Positions 9,223-19,232 of a DNA stretch of 64,000 bases are shown piece after piece; the stretch's first letter is position 1, and each line of letters begins with the position of its first letter. Origin of the DNA: a virus (taxonomy: Duplodnaviria; Caudoviricetes); the IMG/VR virus record IMGVR_UViG_3300010347_001588, positions 5,791 through 69,790 of that record; one strand, written 5' to 3'. The notes under the pieces are model-generated. The model had not been told where the DNA came from. It did no database searches and was given only the letters and a program-made list of their open reading frames with translations. A program made the translations under genes and the position numbers.

Positions 9223-10356
9223 TTATTCTCCTTCATTCTTATTTGGTACAATTAGCGATTCATAAATATAAACTTTATTTCCATTGATATCATCAGTTAA
9301 ACAATATAATCTTTTATCAGTAGAAACATGTAAATCAATATTCGGAGCATTAATACAATTTATATTTCGCATGAAACTCTTAATATTCGTAGTTATTTCG
9401 TAATTCTTTTTATATAGATTTTCTATATAACTAATCCGAACATTTCCAACTTTGTTATCATACCCACTATTAAAACATATAAAATCATCTTCAAATGTAA
9501 TATGACACGAATTAAAATTAAGTGGGTTTGTAAATGTTACAATCTTATTACATGCTTGTCTTAATTCTTTATTATCTACAGAACATATATGAGTCATATC
9601 TTTCAATTCGGGTAAGGCACTCGAATAGTTCACAATATTAATATCAGTTTTTCGTAGTGTGAATGCAAAATAGTCATTACTTACAATCACAATATTATCT
9701 TGGTCATAGATATTTAATTCGGTATCATAATCTAAATCCAAGGAAATCAATAAATCCAAAGAATAAAATGCTATTGGTAAGAAATCCTTTACTTTTTGTT
9801 GGTGGTTAATAATAACACATGTTTTTAAATTAGTTACAAAGAAATTACCATCGTAAAACACTGTCGAACTAATACTTGATTGCTCTTTCGCTGTTTTTCC
9901 ACCACATATTTTTAGTATCGAAAAATATTTTTTAAGATCGCCAAATTTTAACGAAAACAATACTTTTCGAGATTTTGCTAAATTTTGAAGCATGAATGAG
10001 AAGTCAGATTCAGGACCGTGAGCTAAATCATACGTATTTAAACCTTCCTGTATCTTCACCACTTTATCTAAAACAGTAATTTCAATAGTATCTGAAGTTG
10101 CGAAGTTCGCAATGTTCTGGAGTGTTTTTGCATCTAAGCGAATATCAATCGCGGCAAAATTTGACTCCGGATCCATAATTTTATAAAAGCATACATGTTG
10201 CCCATCAAATGTATAAAATTCTAAATCATGCCCTTTACCAATAATTTGAACTTGATCATACACATTCATTTCAGCGGATTTAGAATCAATTGCTAACGGT
10301 GCGACTGTGTTGAGTGCTTTCTTAAAACTTTCGAGTTGTAGTGTGAGTTTTTTCAT
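9223..10356 (-). CDS. DNA polymerase sliding clamp (beta/DnaN-like)
   Basis: About 377 aa with a clamp-like three-domain periodicity (FKKALNTV, FGDLKKYF, NKELRQAC helices each followed by beta strands); next to the polymerase; start at MKKLT after an AGGGG RBS. Confidence 0.65.
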   Translation of the reverse strand: MKKLTLQLESFKKALNTVAPLAIDSKSAEMNVYDQVQIIGKGHDLEFYTFDGQHVCFYKIMDPESNFAAIDIRLDAKTLQNIANFATSDTIEITVLDKVVKIQEGLNTYDLAHGPESDFSFMLQNLAKSRKVLFSLKFGDLKKYFSILKICGGKTAKEQSSISSTVFYDGNFFVTNLKTCVIINHQQKVKDFLPIAFYSLDLLISLDLDYDTELNIYDQDNIVIVSNDYFAFTLRKTDINIVNYSSALPELKDMTHICSVDNKELRQACNKIVTFTNPLNFNSCHITFEDDFICFNSGYDNKVGNVRISYIENLYKKNYEITTNIKSFMRNINCINAPNIDLHVSTDKRLYCLTDDINGNKVYIYESLIVPNKNEGE

Positions 10357-10373
10357 GTCATACCCCTTTAATA

Positions 10374-12899
10374 TTATTTTTGCCACTTATCTAATATATC
10401 TAAGTCTGCTTCCAAATCAATCGTTACTGATGGAATATTCTTTGTCAAGAAGTTTATAACATTTTCACTGACCTCCTCTACTTCTTCATAAGGTGATTCT
10501 ATTAATACGCTATCGTGCACTGTCCCAACAATCTTTGATTTTTTATTGGTTTCACGAAACCATCGGGCAATACGCAACATCCCAATAAAAAATATATCTC
10601 CAGCAGAACTCTGTATCGGTGTATTAACAGCCTTACGCAATTCTGCTTCTCTAACCGCTTCAATTGTACTTCTAACCCCAGGCAAGTATCTTCGCCGTTT
10701 GTATAAATTTTCCACATAACCATGTGTCATAGCAAATTGTTTTGTTTGATTAATCCATGTTTTTACATTGGGGTAGGATTTAAAAAACTTATCCATAAAT
10801 TCTACAGCTTTATCGATTTTAATATCCAATCGATTTGCTAAGGAAGTTGCACTCATTTGATAAACAATACCAAAATTGATACTCTTTGCTGCGGATCGAT
10901 ATTCACTATGTTTTGGATTTTTCTTATCAAATTCCTCTAGTGCAATATTAAACATAATACATGCAGTATATGTATGTAAATCTACTCCAGATTTAAATGC
11001 ATTTATCATGGAGACATCATGGGACATCATTGCAAGAATTCGTAATTCTATTTGTGATAAGTCACAGACAATTAATTTTGCTCCCTTTTTTGGTATAATC
11101 ATATTACGAATTTTATTATCTTGTGGTATCTGTTGTAAGTTTGGTGATGTGCACGTAAGACGAAATGTAGCTGCGAGTTGTTCGTATCGAGGGTGAACTC
11201 GCCCTGTCTGCTTATTGATTGCATCTTGATAGCCCTTTAAAAAGGTGGAAGTCATCTTTTGCAAACTACGATATTCTAGTAAATATTTGAGAATAGCTTT
11301 CTTTTTAGCATAATAATTAAGTGCTTCTTCATCAGTTGATGGTACATTCTTTTTTTGTGTGACAAATTGAGAGTTTGGTGTTAATTTTAAGTCCTCAAAT
11401 AATAGCTTGCGTAGATGATCTGGAGAATTTAAATTCAGTTCACGTTTCACTTTTTTATAAAATATGCTTTCAATTTGTTTCATGCGCTGACGATTTTCAT
11501 TCATTAACTGGTTTATATAGTCTAAATCAATACTAATTCCTGTTAAATGGATATCTGCCAAGACAAGTGATAATGGCATACTAATATCATAAAATGTAAA
11601 ACTATATAATTGATCAATGGTCGGTTTTAATTTTTTATAAATCCGAAATGTTACGTCGGCATCCATCGCAGAATAATATTGAAGTGGCGTTAGCCCTAAT
11701 TGTTTACATGACTCCAATACATATTTCTTATGCGGCGCATTGAATTGTTCTAATTCAATACTATTTGTGCTCTGTGCAATTTCAACTGTATCAAATAACA
11801 CCCCCTGTTGATGAATCTGTTCTTTCTTTTTCTCGTATAACATTTTCTGGGTCTTGACAATACCACCTGTATCATCTAATACATGCTGATATCCTCCTTC
11901 AGTAGTATATATCCATGCTAATGTTTTTAGCCCATATAGAGCAGCATTACTTTTCCCCTCAAAACTCGAAGAAATACAATGAAAAGCCAGCATGGTATCA
12001 AAAATTGGTAATTGTACATCAATACCAAGATTTTTGAAAAATGATAACTCAAATTGACTATTATGAAAAATCTTAATAATATTTTTTGATTCCAAAATAT
12101 CTTTTAATAAATTAAAATAAGGTATCACATTCTGCCATTTAATATGCACACCAGAACCACTCTGAATACAAAATGAGATATCTGTTATTGGTGAGTTATG
12201 TGCATCTGTACCTAATGTTTCAATATCAATAGCAACTTCCGGACTTTTTAATACCTCATTTAGATACTCTTTAATCTCAAATGGGTCATCTAGTGTTTTT
12301 AAGTTTAATTGTATTTTTCTAGGTCTTGTCTTGAAAACAAGAGATGCCGCCCGTTGAACATCATCAACAAAATCTTGTTGATACATTTTATCCTCATTGC
12401 GTAATAAAAACGATGGGTGGTATGTTGCCACAATGTAAGCATTATATAGATTATGATAAAATGTATACGCTCGCAATGCGGTCATTGGAGTTGTTATTTG
12501 TAATATCTGATGAACCGCACGACTTCCTAATAATAATATAACTTTTGGTTTTAATTTTAGAATCAATTCATGCGTAAAAACGGAACAACAGTCCAATTCT
12601 TTTGGTGAGGGTTCTCGATTTTTATTATCAGCACCAATTGGTCTGCACTTAACCGCATTACTAATATATACACTAACACCAATGGCATTTAGTACATTAC
12701 GCAGTAGTGCACCGGAACGCCCGATAAATGGAATACCTTGACGATCTTCTTCGAATCCGGGGGCTTCTCCAATAATTAAAATATTTGAATGAATATCTCC
12801 ACTACCGTAGATTAATGGAGTAGTAACCTGTGTATATAATCCACACTTATTGCAAAAGCTATTATTTAATCGTTTTATTAATTCTTCACGTGTATACAT
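10374..12899 (-). CDS. polA: Family A DNA polymerase with an N-terminal family-4 uracil-DNA glycosylase domain and a 3'-5' exonuclease
   Basis: UDG4 motifs CNKCGL, GEAPG, NAVKCRP, ATYHPS; exonuclease DIET, FHNSQFE, YSAMDAD; polymerase motifs A DLSQIELR, B RSAAKSINFGIVY, C VHDS. Confidence 0.95.
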   Translation of the reverse strand: MYTREELIKRLNNSFCNKCGLYTQVTTPLIYGSGDIHSNILIIGEAPGFEEDRQGIPFIGRSGALLRNVLNAIGVSVYISNAVKCRPIGADNKNREPSPKELDCCSVFTHELILKLKPKVILLLGSRAVHQILQITTPMTALRAYTFYHNLYNAYIVATYHPSFLLRNEDKMYQQDFVDDVQRAASLVFKTRPRKIQLNLKTLDDPFEIKEYLNEVLKSPEVAIDIETLGTDAHNSPITDISFCIQSGSGVHIKWQNVIPYFNLLKDILESKNIIKIFHNSQFELSFFKNLGIDVQLPIFDTMLAFHCISSSFEGKSNAALYGLKTLAWIYTTEGGYQHVLDDTGGIVKTQKMLYEKKKEQIHQQGVLFDTVEIAQSTNSIELEQFNAPHKKYVLESCKQLGLTPLQYYSAMDADVTFRIYKKLKPTIDQLYSFTFYDISMPLSLVLADIHLTGISIDLDYINQLMNENRQRMKQIESIFYKKVKRELNLNSPDHLRKLLFEDLKLTPNSQFVTQKKNVPSTDEEALNYYAKKKAILKYLLEYRSLQKMTSTFLKGYQDAINKQTGRVHPRYEQLAATFRLTCTSPNLQQIPQDNKIRNMIIPKKGAKLIVCDLSQIELRILAMMSHDVSMINAFKSGVDLHTYTACIMFNIALEEFDKKNPKHSEYRSAAKSINFGIVYQMSATSLANRLDIKIDKAVEFMDKFFKSYPNVKTWINQTKQFAMTHGYVENLYKRRRYLPGVRSTIEAVREAELRKAVNTPIQSSAGDIFFIGMLRIARWFRETNKKSKIVGTVHDSVLIESPYEEVEEVSENVINFLTKNIPSVTIDLEADLDILDKWQK

Positions 12900-13447
12900 T
12901 ATATCATACTCTTAACTTGATAATTCTTATTAATTGCTTTTAAGACTTCTTCTTGATATTTTGGTAATGCTAATTTCTTTTTGCTATGCAACTTCAAATA
13001 AAAATCCCGCGCAATTACAGATAAGACAAATGCATCAGCAATATCAGAATCACGAATTTCGAGATTATAGTTTTTGTAAATATCTAAAATAACAATATCT
13101 TTACCTTTGTTTTTACCAACACCACTAATATATTTCTTCAATTGCAAGGGTGCTACAGGAATAAAACTAATCCCCAATTTAAATAGATATAATTTTAATA
13201 CACCTGCCCATTCCCCTAAATCATATAGTCTTCCCGTTTCTCGGTATGCACCAGATTCAATGGCACAGTAACGAATATTTGGGGCATATTTCGTGACAAA
13301 TACACCAAATAAATTCTCAAGATGATACAGCCTTTCTACTCCCGATGTGGGAGTAGAAAGAGCACATGTATCCACTAATGCTAGTTTTTCATCAATAAGC
13401 GCCAAGCCTGTATGTGAAAGGCTTGGGTCTACCCCAAGATATAACAT
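12899..13447 (-). CDS. ruvC: RuvC-like Holliday junction resolvase
   Basis: YLGVDPSLSHTGLAL, AIES, DIADAFVL catalytic motifs. Confidence 0.88.
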   Translation of the reverse strand: MLYLGVDPSLSHTGLALIDEKLALVDTCALSTPTSGVERLYHLENLFGVFVTKYAPNIRYCAIESGAYRETGRLYDLGEWAGVLKLYLFKLGISFIPVAPLQLKKYISGVGKNKGKDIVILDIYKNYNLEIRDSDIADAFVLSVIARDFYLKLHSKKKLALPKYQEEVLKAINKNYQVKSMI

Positions 13448-13452
13448 ATATT

Positions 13453-14640
13453 TTAGGTTAATGAATATTTAGCACCACAACTTGGGCATACTTCTTCAAA
13501 ATACCCCATCATCGCTCCACAATTATCACACTCAATCTTTAAGATCTGTTGACAATGAGGACAGGTCTCAGCAGATTCAGGAACCTCTTTATGACAATGC
13601 CCACAGACTGTCATTGCTTCTGTCTTAACCGCACTCCGATGAATAGGATTTCGTGTGATTACTTTAGGCGTAACTTCTTGCGTTCTTGGGGTCTCGATAG
13701 CAGGTGTAGCAGCAGACTTAGCACCAACAGTAGGACTATTAATAATTATAGGATTAGTTGATTCAGTCTTTTGCTGCGCTTTTATTTTCTGGTATTCATC
13801 AAATTCAAGTTTTTCTTGCGAAACAAGCTCCCCATAGAAATCAATATTCATTGCGGAACTGATACGTTCCACTTTACTACGCAGGTGCGTCAAAATATAA
13901 TGTGCTGAAGATAACCGAATTAAAGTATTCAGATCCCAACGTTCATACGCTTGTTCCTCTTCAGTAACTGGTCCAGTAACCGCATATGGGGTCTTAATAC
14001 CAACTTTCATGATTTGAGTGACAACCTTACCACCACTATTAATCTTTTCATATATGATATCATAATCTACCAACGATCCGTTATTACTTTCCACATTATT
14101 TAATGCAGTCATGGAAGATACTTTAAATCGTACAACCTTAGTTTTCTTAAAGACCTTACACCACACATCCTCTTTTTGGAGGGTATCAATATATTCTGGA
14201 TTGCGATGTATTACATTGTAAATTGCTTCAATACTTGGTCTACTAGTACCTGTACCATTAAACGCTGGATTAAAGTAATTTGTCATAATATTAAACAATT
14301 CAGGATCTTTTGCTTTATAGGTAAAAACTTGACCATAGGCACCACGTTTAGATTCTAAAAAACCGCCACGACAGAAGTTTGTGGGATCTCCTAACATTCG
14401 ACCTAATATACTTGATCCTTCACTTTCATTCTTCACAATAAATGGACGAATCATATCATCATCACACATAATCCATGATATTTGATACGATTTAAAATTA
14501 TCTGACCCATCCAAAAATCTTAGAACTGCAGATTCTCCAGATTTAATTTTAACTTCTTTTGCGTACTCTTTCTCTTTAGCGGATTCTTCGTACGTGAATT
14601 CTTGTACAAATTTAGCTAGTTTGTTTGATTCATTGTTCAT
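13453..14640 (-). CDS. Probable single-stranded DNA-binding protein (gp32-like) with a C-terminal double zinc ribbon
   Basis: VKIKSGESAVLRFL pattern; location in the replication cluster; four CxxC pairs at the C-terminus. Confidence 0.55.
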   Translation of the reverse strand: MNNESNKLAKFVQEFTYEESAKEKEYAKEVKIKSGESAVLRFLDGSDNFKSYQISWIMCDDDMIRPFIVKNESEGSSILGRMLGDPTNFCRGGFLESKRGAYGQVFTYKAKDPELFNIMTNYFNPAFNGTGTSRPSIEAIYNVIHRNPEYIDTLQKEDVWCKVFKKTKVVRFKVSSMTALNNVESNNGSLVDYDIIYEKINSGGKVVTQIMKVGIKTPYAVTGPVTEEEQAYERWDLNTLIRLSSAHYILTHLRSKVERISSAMNIDFYGELVSQEKLEFDEYQKIKAQQKTESTNPIIINSPTVGAKSAATPAIETPRTQEVTPKVITRNPIHRSAVKTEAMTVCGHCHKEVPESAETCPHCQQILKIECDNCGAMMGYFEEVCPSCGAKYSLT

Positions 14641-14680
14641 CTTAACTCTCCTAAATTAAAAATTATATTCTCATTATTAA

Positions 14681-15142
14681 TTATGAGCTCTGTGGTAAAT
14701 ACAAATTAATATCCTTCATAGCATGCAATTTATAACTATAATTTTCTAATCCTTGAACAACACGTTTTAATAAATCCAATTTATAATTCTCATCCGCAAT
14801 CGTGTTCTTAAACCTCATATATTCTTCTTGATAATTTGTCAACAAAAATCTTTCTTTTGATTTTTCAGATTTATATTCCTTATCTGTAATATTATTTTCC
14901 TTTAATTTTAACGCTTTCCATAATTCAAATTCATCTTCAACCTTTTGCAACAATCTTTTTTGTGTATCATATAAAGAGCCATAGACAAAAATATTATGCG
15001 ATACTTTATTTAACTCATCCATAATTTTATGTAAATCAAGAGTATCAGTAATAATAATACTATTCTCATCAAATTCAATATCTTGTTCTTCTAATTCAAA
15101 ATACGATATACCTTCTTGAAATACTTTAAATTTACTTTTCAT
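14681..15142 (-). CDS. Helical protein, possible UvsY-like recombination mediator
   Basis: All-helical 153 aa protein next to SSB; C-terminal LDLLKRVVQGLENYSYKLHAM resembles the UvsY end. Confidence 0.45.
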   Translation of the reverse strand: MKSKFKVFQEGISYFELEEQDIEFDENSIIITDTLDLHKIMDELNKVSHNIFVYGSLYDTQKRLLQKVEDEFELWKALKLKENNITDKEYKSEKSKERFLLTNYQEEYMRFKNTIADENYKLDLLKRVVQGLENYSYKLHAMKDINLYLPQSS

Positions 15143-15146
15143 ACTC

Positions 15147-15332
15147 TTACCTTAGATTATTATTTTTTATACCATACATATTATATTTCTCTTCAATCCA
15201 TTCTTGAAATAACTGCGAACGATTCTTGTCAAATATTTTTTCTAATTCCTCCAATTTATCTAGATGTGTCCGTTTAAGCGAAATACTAAACGGAATAGCT
15301 TTCGCATCTTGGGATTTCTTATATCTACCCAT
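15147..15332 (-). CDS. Ribbon-helix-helix (CopG-like) regulator
   Basis: PFSISLKRTHLDKLEELEKIFDKNRSQLFQEWIEE. Confidence 0.7.
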   Translation of the reverse strand: MGRYKKSQDAKAIPFSISLKRTHLDKLEELEKIFDKNRSQLFQEWIEEKYNMYGIKNNNLR

Positions 15333-15362
15333 AGGAATACCTCAATCGCATGACCTACGAAC

Positions 15363-15390
15363 ACAATAGATAAACAGTGTACGTTGTCAA
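15363..15390 (-). promoter_or_regulatory. Sigma70-type promoter
   Basis: TTGACA-N16-TATTGT upstream of the RHH gene. Confidence 0.45.
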
Positions 15391-15391
15391 G

Positions 15392-17017
15392 CTATTTTAT
15401 TAATTTTTTATTAATTTTTTTCGTTGTTAACTTCCAACGCCCGTTATTTGGGATAATCAGAGTACGTGCGCCATTACTATACAAAATTGCAGATGCGTGC
15501 AACCATGAACTACCACCTTTTCTATTATAGAACAAACGCAATTTGGTAGATGTGCCTACTGTCATAATATCGCGCAACATACCGGGGGAATGTGTGTGCC
15601 CATAAATCCCTGGCCCATACGAGGTTTCCAATGCGATTAATGATGCACGACCACCATTATTCCCATGAGAGCCATGCACACCTAATTGTATATTATGAAG
15701 CTTAAAAGATTCGTCACATTCTAACCAAATCGTATTTTTTAGATCAAAATTAGTAGTTAAGTACTCTTTCAATGGATTTTTACCAAGTAATAATACTTTA
15801 GCTAAATTAAGAGATAAGAGATGATTTTCTTTATGTTCTATATGGGCATATTTACCATAGGCTAAAAAATCATCCAACCACATATCATGATTACCCTTCG
15901 TAATAATAAATTGAATATCCGAGAACTCAGTACATAAATTTTGTAAGAATTTCCCCACAGTATTCAATTCACCACGTAGGGTTTTCAAATTAGGGGGCAA
16001 TTGTAAGTTATAATATAAATTCCCCTCTTCATGATGGTTGATACTTGCACAATCAATTATATCATGTAGTACTACATATTTTGGTTTTAATGCTCTAATA
16101 CAATCTTTCCACGCTTTAATTGCCTGTAAATCCTCAAACCCACAATGTAAATCTCCCATAATAAACGCTGAAATAGGTTTCGTATATGTCTTATTCCCAC
16201 AATAATAAGTATCTAAATCATAAAATCCCCCTTTTGCGTCACAACGAACGGTTCTAATATAAAAATCTGTATCATTTTCAATTTCAACAATCAAGCCACC
16301 GCAGACATGATCCTGACGTGCCAATACATCAATTCGAGTATCTTTATAATTTGGTAATGTTAATACACCTGTAGAATATAAGACATGTGATACTTCAACA
16401 TTAGACGTTGGTACGGTTAACATTTGTTGTTTTGGGGACGCAATAATAAGCGATGTAGATTTTTTTCCATAACGAGCTAATGAGGTCAATGGATTAATTT
16501 GTCGTGGGCTTAATCTAAAATCAAATGCCTGAAGACGATTATTAAAAATCACATTAACATGCATGCTCTCCAGATATTCATTGAGCACCTCATCAAAGAT
16601 TTCATCTTTTTTATAAATACCACGCATCGGTAAGATGATTAATTGAGCCCCAAACGTAGAGCAGTAGGTATGAATTGAGGTCAAAAATGGTAAATTAACT
16701 GTAGCACCTGCAATAACTGCGGTAACGAAATAACGTTTCCTCGCTTTCCCACGTAAATCTAATACACTAGAAATATTATCTCGTGTGATACCTTCTATTT
16801 CTGATATCGTAATATTTAAGAGTTCCAACATCTTGGCACGAAACTCTTTAAAGGAATGAAAGAATTGAGCCCAATCTCGATCTGTATATTTAGAATAGTG
16901 ACGATAGTAATCTCGTGATAAATATCTTATGTTGGCCTCATCACCATTATTTTTCTTATACCGATCGATAATTTGTTTAAAATCGTTGACTAGATCTTCA
17001 ATAGTAACTTGTTTCAT
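15392..17017 (-). CDS. Calcineurin-like metallophosphoesterase with an N-terminal helical extension
   Basis: GDLHCG, HDIID, GNHD, HGSHG and GHTH metal-binding motifs all intact. Confidence 0.85.
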   Translation of the reverse strand: MKQVTIEDLVNDFKQIIDRYKKNNGDEANIRYLSRDYYRHYSKYTDRDWAQFFHSFKEFRAKMLELLNITISEIEGITRDNISSVLDLRGKARKRYFVTAVIAGATVNLPFLTSIHTYCSTFGAQLIILPMRGIYKKDEIFDEVLNEYLESMHVNVIFNNRLQAFDFRLSPRQINPLTSLARYGKKSTSLIIASPKQQMLTVPTSNVEVSHVLYSTGVLTLPNYKDTRIDVLARQDHVCGGLIVEIENDTDFYIRTVRCDAKGGFYDLDTYYCGNKTYTKPISAFIMGDLHCGFEDLQAIKAWKDCIRALKPKYVVLHDIIDCASINHHEEGNLYYNLQLPPNLKTLRGELNTVGKFLQNLCTEFSDIQFIITKGNHDMWLDDFLAYGKYAHIEHKENHLLSLNLAKVLLLGKNPLKEYLTTNFDLKNTIWLECDESFKLHNIQLGVHGSHGNNGGRASLIALETSYGPGIYGHTHSPGMLRDIMTVGTSTKLRLFYNRKGGSSWLHASAILYSNGARTLIIPNNGRWKLTTKKINKKLIK

Positions 17018-17078
17018 TCTCGTGTAGAATTGTATTAATAAATTATTTTACAGATGTAAGTTTATATCATTGACCTTT

Positions 17079-18287
17079 TTATTCTTTAATATCTAAAATG
17101 GTATAATCTGAGATAATTTTATCATCTTTTATATTCGGAAAATATGCTACTACTGAGTTATCATCTAATACATATAAAACAACTCCATATCCAATATTTG
17201 TTTTAATAAATGTTTTAAAATCAGCTTGCATTTGTGAAGATGGAATTAATTCGATTTCTTTTACCGTATCTGCTGGTATCGTCACGATTGCATTGATGTC
17301 TACTAAATATGCCGTTGCATTTGTACCATGAGTACGTAACAAAAATCCATGGTAGCCTTTAGGAATGGCGCGAAATAACCCCAAACCTATTGTACTGATG
17401 CAATTATCAACTACTGTAATTGGTCTAATTATTTCATCCGCGATTGAGTCCTCTTGTGCCGTCTTTATTCTGGAATTCACAAATACCGCAAACTTATGAA
17501 TTTCAGGGGATAACACCGTATATCTATCAATACGTAATACTTCTAAATGTTTGTGTAATTCTCTTTTATATGCCAATAAATCTACATCATACAGATTTGA
17601 CGGTAAAAATGGGGCAGTATCTGGGATTTCCTCGGGCGTATTAGGGGGATAGCATTCAATTGAGCATCTACATCCAGGGTGTGCTAATCCTATAATAATT
17701 TTAGGTGGATAATATGCTTCTTGCATTGAATTGGTATATGCTTGATCCCGTAATTCATCAAAGGTAAATATTCTGTTATTTAACATGTAACACACACCAA
17801 CAACACCGCCTTCCACTTTATCACAATTTTCATCACGATATTCGCCACCAAGAATCCATCGGAATTGATTATAGCCTAACGCATGTAAATAGTCGATCGT
17901 ATTCATACTATAATCAATGTGTTTTGGATCTGACTCAGCAAAAAATGATGAATCCGTTATTTCAGGAAAATATTCATTATAGACCAACATTTCTGGCGAT
18001 AGTTGTTGTGGTTCCTCTGGAGAAACCGGCTTTGTCTCTTGTGTGGAAGGTTGTGTTTTACGGACTTGTTTTTTAGGAAGCGTCGTAGCATCTTGTATTT
18101 GTTGGTCAATATACGTTGATTCATCCGGGGGTGTTTGGAGTATTACTGGTTCAGGTGGGGACGGTGGTTCTGTAGGCTCCTCGTGCATGAGCTCGCCAGG
18201 TGTAATATGAATTACATCTTTAAAAATATCATCAAACCACCCAGCTGTTTTATCTGTGGCATTAGTGGAGGAATTGTGTAGTGACAT
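17079..18287 (-). CDS. MuF (phage head morphogenesis)-like domain protein with a Pro-rich N-terminus
   Basis: GYNQFRW...ENC...VC..LNNRIF...AHPGCRCSI matches the MuF HPxCRC signature; start at MSLHN after a GAGGTGG RBS. Confidence 0.6.
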   Translation of the reverse strand: MSLHNSSTNATDKTAGWFDDIFKDVIHITPGELMHEEPTEPPSPPEPVILQTPPDESTYIDQQIQDATTLPKKQVRKTQPSTQETKPVSPEEPQQLSPEMLVYNEYFPEITDSSFFAESDPKHIDYSMNTIDYLHALGYNQFRWILGGEYRDENCDKVEGGVVGVCYMLNNRIFTFDELRDQAYTNSMQEAYYPPKIIIGLAHPGCRCSIECYPPNTPEEIPDTAPFLPSNLYDVDLLAYKRELHKHLEVLRIDRYTVLSPEIHKFAVFVNSRIKTAQEDSIADEIIRPITVVDNCISTIGLGLFRAIPKGYHGFLLRTHGTNATAYLVDINAIVTIPADTVKEIELIPSSQMQADFKTFIKTNIGYGVVLYVLDDNSVVAYFPNIKDDKIISDYTILDIKE

Positions 18288-19209
18288 CTTCCACCTCGGA
18301 TGGAGATACATAACCATCATCTTCAATTAAATCACTAAACATAGATAATATTTTCATGTATCCATAGCGTTGCATGAGTTTAAAAATGAGATTATCATCA
18401 GCATAGTTAAACGATTTTAATATTTTCTCGAAATCATCACGCAATTCCTTTTTATCAAAAGATTTCCACCGATTATTTTTGATGAATTCTTTGGTATCGG
18501 ATAGTTTAGCAATATCTTCATTTACTTCTTGTAATGATTTCGCAACGTCAGCATACAACTGTTGTGCTTCTTCTTTAGGTAATGATTTTACATAATCATA
18601 CAACAAGGTAAAATCGATACTATCACGTTTTGTCTTTTCAATATCTTGAACGACGTTCTGTATAAATCGCTCAGCTTTAGCTTTAGCATAGTCTAAAATA
18701 TCTTGTGATGAGATATTGTTAGGTAATTTCTGTGGTGGTTTTAACCACTTGTCAAAATAAATACTATACAACGCATCGTATTTAAGTAAGTTGAGATTTG
18801 CTACTTCATCTAATGAATAAAAATAGGCATCAAGCGCATGTTGAGAGTTTGGTACTAATTGCGTGAGCCAAAAACTTTCACGCCCTTTAGTGACGAGTTC
18901 GTCTAAAATGTCATCTTCTGACATCTTTTGATACATAGGATTGTATTTTTTCAGTAGGTCAATATCTATAATTATTTTGATATCTAAATCGGTGGTATTC
19001 GTATAGAAATAGGTGGCAAGAGAGGAACCAATTAATACATCTTTGACAAATAATTCATATTCGGCAATTTCTAATTCTTCAAAAAATCCAATCACAGAGG
19101 TAATAATAAATGATTTTACCGCTGGACGCAGCTTTTTTGTTTCATTGTTCCAAATGAATCGATCCAAAGATTTCTGTTGGTAATCCAATATTGATCCAAT
19201 CTTATACAT
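18262..19209 (-). CDS. Pol-beta superfamily nucleotidyltransferase
   Basis: LIGSSLATYFYTNTTDLDIKII (GS plus DxD) and a candidate third Asp in LDAYF. Confidence 0.8.
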   Translation of the reverse strand: MYKIGSILDYQQKSLDRFIWNNETKKLRPAVKSFIITSVIGFFEELEIAEYELFVKDVLIGSSLATYFYTNTTDLDIKIIIDIDLLKKYNPMYQKMSEDDILDELVTKGRESFWLTQLVPNSQHALDAYFYSLDEVANLNLLKYDALYSIYFDKWLKPPQKLPNNISSQDILDYAKAKAERFIQNVVQDIEKTKRDSIDFTLLYDYVKSLPKEEAQQLYADVAKSLQEVNEDIAKLSDTKEFIKNNRWKSFDKKELRDDFEKILKSFNYADDNLIFKLMQRYGYMKILSMFSDLIEDDGYVSPSEVEDVTTQFLH

Positions 19210-19232
19210 CGTACATTCCTTATCTAATCGTA

